Positions 53,583 through 64,000 of a DNA stretch of 64,000 bases are shown piece after piece (position 1 is the stretch's first letter; every line of letters starts with the position of its first letter). The notes beneath the pieces were generated by a model that was given only the letters and a program-made list of their open reading frames with translations, was not told where the DNA came from and made no database searches. This DNA is from Octopus vulgaris (Eukaryota): contig OX597816.1 of the NCBI GenBank assembly GCA_951406725.2, forward strand, positions 11,842,001 to 11,906,000. The letters run 5' to 3'. The translations under genes and the position numbers were made by a program.

Positions 53583-53703
53583 CAACACACCTCTTCCTGT
53601 CTTCAGTAAAACACCTGTTCCTGTCTTCAACAACACACCTGTTCCTGTCTTCAACAACACACCTGTTCCTGTCTTCAACAACACACCTGTTCCTGTCTTC
53701 AGC
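53583..53703. repeat. 24-bp minisatellite, 5 copies
   Basis: Unit aacacacctgttcctgtcttcaac. Confidence 0.92.
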
Positions 53704-53965
53704 AAAATAAGTTTTCAACAGCAATTTAACACCGATAGCTAGCAAAAGCCAAGCTGCTCCAGACTGCTGAAGGGCAACTAGCCTGAAACTAGCCTCTGGA
53801 TACTGGCTTTGTTGAGTGGAGGTGCTTATCTCCCCTGTTTGTAAACTTAAGGACACAGAACACTTGTGTTATGTAGCCAACTAGAAACGGTATTTCTTGG
53901 GGCTAAATAGTAGTAGCATTCTTCCCTTTCCTGGGACTGCCACATTAAGTTGGCGACAAACCATC

Positions 53966-54049
<84 letters not shown>

Positions 54050-54427
54050 GCGAAAGGGGAGGTACCTGCCCCATGATCATCTCTAGAATCACAAGACTAT
54101 ACAAGTTTTGCCTATTTTGTTGGTAACATCAGTAGAGACTACTCAAGCAAGCAATGGTTTGGCTAATTCTGTCTTCCAGTAGTAAGAGAGAGAGTTTAAA
54201 ACGCAATGAATAACATTTTTTATTTAACAACAATTGTTTCGACATGTTTTTACACTTGTAGTACTTTGGTGAGATGTGTAACCTCTGTCTAGCACGAGCA
54301 TTTCCACTGTATGATGACATCAGGTAGCCAATAACTGAGGATGAGATTTGCACAGCATTCTACAAAGCTTTTACCCGAATCTTATTCATCCGTATATATA
54401 TAAATTCTATTTAACTACATGAATAAT

Positions 54428-54773
54428 TAAAGACCACCCTTGGCCATGAATGACCCTGGGATTGCATCTAGACAGTTTCCTTCCAAGGCACAAGTCCGGG
54501 CAAAGGTGTTTCTTTTTATGGAAGACCAGCAGCCGTCCATGCATACAAGCCTCCCCTCTTCACACCACTGATGTTATCCAAGGGAAAGGCAAAGGGGTCG
54601 ATACAGCTTGGCACCAGTTACATCACAACTCATCTCTACAGATCAGGGAACTGGAACAACATGAAATAAAGTGTCTTGCTCAAGAACACAACACACAGAC
54701 CAGTCTGGGAATCGAACTCACTACCTCATGATTGTGAACTCAACACTCTAACCACTGAGCCATATGCCTTCAC
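54428..54773 (-). mobile_element. tRNA-derived CORE-like SINE (family F)
   Basis: Minus strand ggcatatggctcagtggttagag...gagttcgattcc...gtgttcttgagcaagacacttta. Confidence 0.75.
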
Positions 54774-55169
54774 ACTCATCATCACCAATATCATATTACT
54801 TCCAGTTCCTTGCCGGTATGGGTCGGATGGATTGCCCTGATCTAAGTGGGTTCTTTTCTTAAAATATTAAATTCCTAACTAAGCCGGAGACAATCTCTTT
54901 CTTTGTCTTGTCTAATATTACTATGGAGTCCATTGGCAGCATGGCTACCACCCCTACTTTTGTCCCCACCACAAGGGGTGTGGTCAGCACTCAGTGACAA
55001 GCTGAGGTGCAATCAACCTCAATTAAGTCAATTAGATGAGGGCTGAAGCCCTCAATGATTCCAACATGCAGCAACAATGGTTGGTCCTTATATTGTAGAT
55101 GCGTGTGTAGAATGGGAACAAGAGAAATAATCTGTGTTTGGATGATTTTACTTATATCTATTACGCATC

Positions 55170-55755
55170 TGTTATTGTTGTTGCTGCTGCTGTTGCTGCT
55201 GCTGCTGCTACCAGTGACACTATCACCAGCACCACCACAGCTGCCAATGCCATCACCACTGTAACTACAGCCACTACCAACTCTGCCACCAACACCACTG
55301 CCACTACAACTTCCACCACCAAGACTGCTGCCACCCCCACCACCACCACCACCACCTCCACAACCAACCCTGCGATCAACACCACTGCCACCACCACTAC
55401 CACTACTACTTCTATCACCACCACCGCTGCCACCCCCCGCCACCTCCACCGTCGGCGCTGCTACTACTGCTGCTGCCACCAAAAGCCACCACCTCCACAA
55501 CCAGCTACCACCACCACTGCTGCCACCCCCGCCGCCTCCACCACCGATACTACTACTGATGCTACTGCTGCTTCCACCACCACCACCACCTCCACCTCCA
55601 CAACTAACCCTGCCACCACCACCATTACCACTTCCAACACCACCACTGCCACCCCGCTGCCCCCACCACTGCCGCCGCCGCTACTACCACTGCTGCTACC
55701 ACCACCACCACCACCACCACCACCACCATCACAACCATCACTACCACCACTGCAA
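55170..55755. repeat. (CCA)/(CTG)-rich degenerate trinucleotide tract
   Basis: Direct observation. Confidence 0.85.
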
Positions 55756-56440
55756 CTATTTATGCACTCATGTATGTATGTATACATAGAGAGATTTTTA
55801 TGCATATGTATGCACATACACACATGCCCATAAACAGTTGTGCATGCGTGTGTGCATGCATGCATGTGCATGTACACTTGCACACATGAATATGTGTGTC
55901 CCATGAATATGTGTTGTTTTTGGGGACGGGGAGAGTTTTATATGTGATTATCTGAATCCATATGAAGGAAGTTTGCATAAATTGTATGGGACAGAGACAG
56001 AATTGTTTGTTCAGCATAGCGTAACCAGTGAAGCACGACCGTGTTCTGTATTTAATGCCTTTTGATCCTTGAATCCATCCGTGAGTTGTGTAACTAATAA
56101 ATCACACAGATTCAATTAAATTTAAAAATAAAATTAAAAATCACCAAGGCCTACATCAAAGAAATCATTTATACGCGTTAGTATTTAGTTTAACATGTCT
56201 ATACGTGTACATACATGCGCATATGTGTGTGAGTGTGTGTGAGTGTGAGTGCGCATGTGTGTGTATATATATATGTATGTATGAGGTGTATATATATGTC
56301 AACAACTGGTTGAATTTATATACATATGTATATATGTGTGTGTGCATGGATATGTATAAGGTGTATATATAAGTGTGTGTGTGTCAACATCCGGTTGAAT
56401 TTATATATATACATAGATATGTATATATGTATATATATGC

Positions 56441-56477
<37 letters not shown>

Positions 56478-57576
56478 GGATATGTATATATGCATAAGGT
56501 GTGTATATATAATACATATATCAATATCTGGTTGAATTTTTATATATATGCATATATATACATATATATATGTATATATATATGCATATTATATATATTT
56601 ATGCATATATATATATATGTGTGTGTGTATATATATATCTATATATATATATGTGTGTGTGTATATATATATATATGTATATATATATACATGGATATGT
56701 ATATATGCATAAGGTGTATATATATATATATATTTATTTATATAGGTATGTCAGCATCTGGTTGAATTTAGAGAATTTTAGCACACAGTTTTACACGCAA
56801 ATAAAATATAAATATACTGGGTATACAGCAGATCCGTTTAATTGTTTGATGATATTTACTCAGCTTTTACTAAATTGCAATTCCCTCTCTCTCTCTCTAC
56901 ATGAAACACGTATTCGGTCATTATTGAATCCGCTGCCGGCTGAAAGCTTCCGCAAGCCTTTGTTGACTCACCCACCCTGTACACAAACCACGCAAATGAA
57001 ACGTACTGCGGCGGTTATTAAAGAAAAATGGTTTCAATCGAGTCGCGTGCAACAATGTTGTGATGTATGCGTTATCTCATTACAGAGAGATCTATTTTGA
57101 TGTCAACCAGAAAGGATGTTGCGTGGATACCGACCAAGTAATTCCAGCCATTGGATAAATCTAAAGGATTTGGCATCAAAGATCTTTAGTGTTTAACTTG
57201 ACGCGTTTATTGTGTAAAGACAAGCTTACTTTCCTGCTAAGCAGTGTTTGAATTTATTACTGGGATAAAGATGAATGCAATAATTGATATAAGGAAAATC
57301 AAAATATCTTTTAAGCAGACTGGAAATAGGTTTTAGACGTTAGAGATAAAAGAAAAGAGAAGATGATAAGTATTCTGGATGAAAAGACTCACAGAATTCA
57401 CGTTTCTGCTGCAAAATCCATTTTTGAGTTCTCATTTTTAAATACAGCGTTTTACTAAAGATGTGTGTGACGAGAGAAATTTAATCATCGTTCACGTGGA
57501 ATTAAAAATGTCATCACACAAATAGAGCGTTGAGGAGAATCGTGAAATTTTATCCCTACTGGTGAAAATGTTGCAA

Positions 57577-57644
57577 TCATCATCATCACTTCCACCTTTT
57601 TCATCATCATCATCACCCTCATCATCACCATCATCATCATCACC

Positions 57645-57675
<31 letters not shown>

Positions 57676-57843
57676 CCATCATCATCATCGCCATCATCAT
57701 CATCACAATCATTATCATCATCATCATCGTTATCATCATCATCACCATCATCATCATCGCCATCATCATCATCACAATCATTATCATCATCAATACCACC
57801 ACTACCACCATCGTTATCATCATCATCATCGTCGTCGTCGTCG

Positions 57844-57876
<33 letters not shown>

Positions 57877-58040
57877 CCATCATCATCATCATCCATCATC
57901 ATCTGCATCATTGTCAACATACATCATCCTTATCCTCATCATTGTCGACACCACTGTTATCGTTTTTGTCATCACCATCATCATCACCATCACCACCACT
58001 AACACCACCACCACCACCACCACCACCATCATCATCATCA
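57577..58040. repeat. (CAT)n/(CAC)n microsatellite
   Basis: Direct observation. Confidence 0.95.
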
Positions 58041-58374
58041 TTTAGCATCCACATTCCATGCTGGTATAGGTTGCACATTATCGAATGGATTGAAGGACTG
58101 CACCATGCTTCCGTATCCTGATGGTTTCTACAGCTGGAAGCCCTTCCTAAAAAGCAACCACTTTACAGCATAGACCAGCAGTTTCGTTTGTTTTTGCATG
58201 CAACCAGCACCACTGAGATCATGTAAACTAAATTCTATATTATTCCACAAAGACATAGTTGAGTAAGGAAAACTAAATTAGTCTTTAGTCAAATCTTAAG
58301 TTCAGTTATAGGATTATTTGGATTAAAGTACAACAGAATATGGTACAGGATGCTGAGATAAAATAGTGTCTGCT

Positions 58375-59005
58375 TTTTTTTTTCTTTACTCTAGGCACAA
58401 GGCTTGAAATTTTTCTGTGGAGGTGGGGCCTGTCGATTAGATTGACCTCAGTTCGCAACTGGGACTTAATTTATTGACCCCGAAATGATGAAAGCCGAAG
58501 TCAACCTCAGTAGAATATGAACTCACAATGTAAAGACAGATGAAATACAGCTAACCATTTCACCTGGCATGCAAGCGTTTCTGCCAACTTGCCACCTTTA
58601 AATAATCTTTTCTACTCTAGGCACAAGGCCAGAAATTTTGGAGAAGAGGGCCAGTCAATTAGATCGACCCTAGTATGCAACTGGTACTTAATTTATCAAC
58701 CCCCAAAAGGATGAAAGGCAAAGTCGACCTTGGTGGAATATGAACTCTGAACATAAAGACATACAAAATACCTATTTCTTTACTGCCCACAAGGGGCTAA
58801 ACACAGAGAGGACAAACAAGGACAGATAAAGGGATTAAGTCGATTACATTGACTCCAGTGTGTAACTGGTACTTATTTAATCGACCCCGAAAGGATAAAA
58901 GGCAAAATCGACTTCAGTGGAACTTGAACTCAGAACGTAACGGCAGATGAAATACCACTAAGCATTTCGTCCAGCATGCAAATGTTTCTGCCAGCTCACT
59001 GCCTT
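58375..59005 (-). mobile_element. Family B SINE trimer
   Basis: Three head-to-tail units flanked by a single aaatagtRtctg duplication (about 58351 and 59007). Confidence 0.85.
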
Positions 59006-59954
59006 AAAATAGTATCTGATTTTTGAGCCAAAACTGTATGTGTCACATCCTATTACAACCCTAGGGCAACTAATGGCCAAAATCAAGACACTTAATCTGT
59101 GTTTTGGTCATCTCCCAGTAACTAGATTCCATGAATTGATATCACTTAAACCTGTAAATGGTTAGAATTCTTGTATAACAATAGCTTTGTAAAGCAGAAC
59201 GATGACCAGAATAGGTTTCCCACTGAGTAGAAATGTTAATTTATTGGGTTTATTAAATTATTTATTTAGGAATTTAATTTCATGTCATAGACTGTGTTGA
59301 GGTTCTGTCAATAGCCGTAGCTGATTAAGATTATGGATGTGGTTGAACATTAATTGTTGCCACTGGGAAAGCATGTGGTGTAGTGTTTAGGCTGTTCAGC
59401 TGGCAATCATAAGGTTGTGAGTGGCAACCATTACACTCTGTGAAGTGGTTGGTGTTAGGAAACGCGTCCAGTTGTAGGAACTGTTCCAAAAACAGATAAT
59501 GAAACTTGGTGCAGTTTCTGGCTATACGAGCTCCTGTTAAACACTCCAACCCATGCCAGCATGGAAAACGACGATGATAATGATGATGACAATGATGATG
59601 ATGACGATGATGATGATGATGACGATGATGATGATGATGTCTATGATGGTGATGATGTCAATGACGATGATGATGATGTCTATGACGAGGATGGTGATGA
59701 TGTTGATGTTGATGATGATGATGATGCCGTATCATCAGCTGGCAAAAATGTCTTGTACCTGTAATTCAAAAGGGCTGACCTGCTTACAGTCTGTGTCATA
59801 CTGAGTCTCCCTGTGAACTGTGGAAAGAGTACATATGTCTGTGGAGTATTCAACCACCTGTACATTCGTTTCACATGTAAACTGTTCTGTTGATCAGATC
59901 ATTTGCAACATCCGTCATCTTAACCAACGGTGTGCCAATTGTTAATATATTCGC

Positions 59955-60726
59955 TTCTACTCTAGACACAAGGCCTGAAATTTTGTGGGAAGGGGCCAGT
60001 CGCTTAGATCAACCCCAGTATGCAACTGGTACTTAGTTTATCGACCCTGAAAGGATGAAAGGCAAAGTTGACTTCAGCAGAATTTGAACTCAGAACATAA
60101 AGACAGATGAAATACTGCTAAGCATTTCGCCCAGCATGCTAACATTTCTGCTAATTTGCCATTGCATAAATTATTCTTTTCTACTCTATGTACAAAGCCT
60201 GAAATTTTTTTTGGGAGGGATGAAAGGCATAGTTGACTTTGGCAGAATTTGAACTCAGAATGTAAAGACAGACAAAATACTGCTTAGCATTTTGCCCAGC
60301 GTGCTAACATTTTTGCCAGCTTGCTGCCTTTAAATAATCTTTTCTACTCTAGGCACAAGGCCTGATATTTTGGGGGAGGGGTCCAGTCAATTAGTTCAAC
60401 TTCAGTATGCAACTGGTACTTAATTTATCAACCCCGAATGGATGAATGGCAAAGTTGACATTGGCAGAATTTGAACTCAGAACGTAAAGACAAATGAAAT
60501 ATCTATTTCTTTACTACCCACAAGGGGCTACACACTGAGAGGACAAACAAAGGGATTAAGTCGATTACACCGACCCCAGTACATAACTGGTACTTAATTT
60601 ATCAACCCCAAAAGGATGAAAGGCAAAGTCGACCTTGGCAGAATTTGAACTCAGAACGTAAAGGCAAATGAAATACTGCTAAGCATTTCGCCCGGTGTGC
60701 TAACATTTCTGCCAGCTCACTACCTT
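59955..60726 (-). mobile_element. Family B SINE multimer (about 4 units)
   Basis: Repeated tctactctaggcacaagg...gaatttgaactcagaa units. Confidence 0.85.
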
Positions 60727-60847
60727 ATATTAATTGGCTTAACGCTAATTGTTAATATATTGGTTAGTAAATGTAATTTGTTGGTCACAACTAGTTGTTT
60801 CTCAATATGTCCATAAGTATAAGGTAGTGTTTATGGCTATAATGTAT

Positions 60848-61237
60848 TCTTTTATTTGTTTCGGGTCATTTGACTGCAGCCATGCTGGAGCACCGCCTTT
60901 AGTCGAGCAAATCAACCTCAGGACTTATTCTTTGTAAGCCTGGTACTTATTCTATCGGTCTCTTTTGCTGAACTGCTAAGTAAGTTATGGGAACGTAAAC
61001 ACACCAGCATCAGTTGTCAAGTGAAGATGGAGGGACAAACACGGACACACAAACACACACACACATACACATATACGATGGACTTCTTTCAGTTTTCATC
61101 TACCAAATCCACTTACAAGACTTTTGTTGGCCCGAGGCTATAGTAGGAGACACTCGCCAAGGTCTCATGCAGTAGGACTGAACCCGGAACCATGTGGTTG
61201 ATTAGCAAGCTACTTACCATACAGCCACTCCTGCGCC
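60848..61237 (-). mobile_element. Full-length family A CORE-SINE
   Basis: Reverse complement of 1663-2085. Confidence 0.88.
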
Positions 61238-62518
61238 TATATGTTAATTAGTTTAATTTATATAATCTATTTATGAGTTTTTTTTTTTTTTGATAGATGT
61301 TATTTATTGTTGATTGACTTGGGTATTTTTTAATTTTATTGTTTCTTTAATTGAATTTTGGGCTACGGAGTAATATGTGTTACAGGTAGTTAAGTTTCTT
61401 TACGAAATGAGTGCAATCTGTCAGGTGAGCATAATCCCAGGGTGACATTAAATTATGTGCTTCTAAGACAGACTGACACAAATGTAAGTAGTCGCCTGGT
61501 CTACAAGTGTCGAAATCACACTGATACTCATTAGGCAGCTGAGGAGAGGTTTCCTAAGCTGGTTATATTACTAATGTTGTTTGATTTATTGAAGACTATA
61601 TTTTTGTAGGTTTAGTTATTTATATGTTTATAAGCTATAATGTTGGATTCCGATATTTTCCATGGTGTTCATCTATCAAACACTTTTAGTTATTTTTTTT
61701 ATAAGTTTTTTTCAAGTTAGACATTTGATTCTGGAATTGTCAAGAGTTTTCACTTAGTTTTGTTTCATACTTTTTTGGATTGTATTTCATCATCATCATC
61801 GTCATCATCATTGTCATCATCATCATCATCATCATAATCAGTATGCGGATTCATCAGCAGCAGCAGCATGCGGCATCATCAAAATCATCATCATTGACAT
61901 CCCCATCATCGTCATCATAGACATCATCATCATTATCATCATACTGGCATGGGTTGGACAGTTTGACAGGAGCTGGTATGGCCAGAAACTGTACCAAGTT
62001 TCATTATCTGTTTTTGGAACAGTTTCTACAACTGGACGCCTTTCCTAAAACACCACCCACTTCACAGAGCGTAATGGGAGCTTTTTTCTGGGGACCAGTG
62101 CAAATGCTTTTTATGTGACACCATCACCAGTGCTTTTTACGAGAAGTGGAGTAAGAGTTATAGCAATGAAGGAAGTTAGAGAACGGGGTAAGCAAGGGAG
62201 TTTGATAGCAAAGTATGTCATCCTTAAAACTAAGATAAGGTTTGTTTATTCATTGCTACATGCACATGACATCTTGTTTTCTCCTATGATATTACCAGAC
62301 TGAACTAACAAAGTCATTCTAATACCAGCAAGGGTCATAGAATCATGAAAATGCTCAGCTTGTTGGATATTGAATGGTTTTAAATGTTATGGTTTATTTA
62401 TTCACCTGGTGAAAACGTTTAGTGTTTCTAATGATGTAATCTGTCCATTAATCAATTAAAAGTTCGTTGGAAACAGCTATAGTGAATTGACACATTATCC
62501 ATCTGTTCTTATTTATTC

Positions 62519-62559
<41 letters not shown>

Positions 62560-62560
<1 letters not shown>

Positions 62561-62955
62561 TCATCATCATCATCCTCATCATTATTTAACATCTGCTTTC
62601 CATACTAGCATGGGTTGGATGATTTGACTGAGGACTAATGAACAAGATGGCTGTACCAGGCTCCAATCTGATCTGGCAGGGTTTCTACAGCTGGATGCCC
62701 TTCCTAACGCCAACCATTCTGAGAGTGTAGTAGGTGCTTTTACGTGCCACCAGCACAAGGGCCCTGTCTGGTGGTACTGGCAATCGTAAGTTAAAACCAG
62801 GGAATGGTGATTTTTACATGCCACCTGTACAGGACTCAGTCGAGCAGCACTGGCAATGACCTCGTCCGAGTGTTTTGTTCACGTGCCACTGGCACAAGCA
62901 ATAGTAAGGTGACGCTGGTAACGATCACACTCATATGGTGCTTTTTACATGCCAT
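62560..62955 (-). mobile_element. Family C RTE 3' UTR element
   Basis: Reverse complement of 11885-12290. Confidence 0.85.
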
Positions 62956-63592
62956 GCACATGTATATATATATATTCATGTGCAGATACATATACATGCA
63001 TATATATATAAACAGAGAGAGAAGAACCAGCTATAATTGTTACATTTGCAGAAAAATTATATAATTATTTTTTATAATTTTATAATATATATATACTTGG
63101 TATTTTTATTTGCTTTTAATGAGAATTATATTATTTTTGAAAAAAATCAATTCCACATTTAAAATGTAAAGATTATATGTTACTTAATAAATTATTGTTT
63201 TTTAAAAAAATGTATTAATTCTAGTATTTTCATATTGATAACCGCACTGAATTAGACATTTTGCATATTGATTTAGTAATAGCCGAATTAGCAATTGGAA
63301 CAAACAAACAAATGTAATGCTAGTAATTATCTTTTCTCCTAATTAGTTTTACTCATTGGTTTGTGGCCATATGGGGCATTGTCTTGAAGGGTTTAGTGAA
63401 ACATATCAACCCCAGTTCTTGTATTTTGTTTTTAAAATCTGGTAGTTAACATGTAGGTCCATTTTGCTGAACTGCTAAATTGCAGGGATGTCAACAAACC
63501 AACATCGATTGTCAAGTGGGAAGGGAGATAAACACAAACACAAAGACACACTTACATACATAAATACATACATACATAAATACATACATATA

Positions 63593-63625
<33 letters not shown>

Positions 63626-63851
63626 TTACAGATATATATAAATATATATATCTACAACAACCTCGAACCCACAAGAGTAAACAAGAGAGACAGAGACAGG
63701 TAGAAACAAGGAAAATGTCTCCTGTATTTAAACACTATACAAATATTCTTTTAAAAAAATTTTTCTTTTAATTATTTAATTGTTACAGTTGAAACTGGTA
63801 CTGAAATGTTTTTTATAAAATTATTTTAGCATTTTCTACCTTGACTTTTTT

Positions 63852-63894
<43 letters not shown>

Positions 63895-63915
63895 CATACA
63901 TACATATATATATAA

Positions 63916-63964
<49 letters not shown>

Positions 63965-64000
63965 AACAAAAATAACCAGTGAGATCTGTGAAGGTAGAGT

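Noticed and set aside
53521-53856. Repeat protein (EDRNRCVV)n
   Set aside because: The 24-bp minisatellite reads through in several frames; no support for translation.
55034-55060. Hammerhead at gatgagggctgaagccctc
   Set aside because: A hairpin is present but both CUGA and GAAA are missing.
59010-59085. Gypsy integrase motifs (IVSD...YYNPRATNGQ) on the plus strand
   Set aside because: Spacing is much too short and the frame has several stops.

Overview
AT-rich, extremely repeat-dense eukaryotic DNA with no prokaryotic genes, operons, rRNA or CRISPR. The repeat complement (CORE-type and Nin/Deu-domain tRNA SINEs, abundant TA/CA/GAT/TAA microsatellites) looks like an octopus (coleoid cephalopod) intronic or intergenic region; the organism is inferred. 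Almost all listed ORFs are microsatellite or SINE artefacts. The recognisable protein remnants are all from transposons: mariner transposase pieces, RTE/RTEX and CR1 LINE C-termini, a nest of R4/Dong-type RLE retrotransposon ends at (TAA)n, and a Penelope GIY-YIG fragment. PiggyBac-like MITEs and non-autonomous Helitrons are also present. The most interesting signal is a set of small, often fold-back elements with minimal Penelope-type hammerhead-ribozyme motifs. One is a palindrome at 42.0-42.6 kb with two outward-facing tRNA-like Pol III heads, each leading to a hammerhead motif, with a compensatory stem II change between the arms. There is also a decayed coding-like region of unknown origin at 49.4-50.35 kb and a weak chain of candidate plus-strand exons. 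Coordinates were read by eye and repeat boundaries are approximate.
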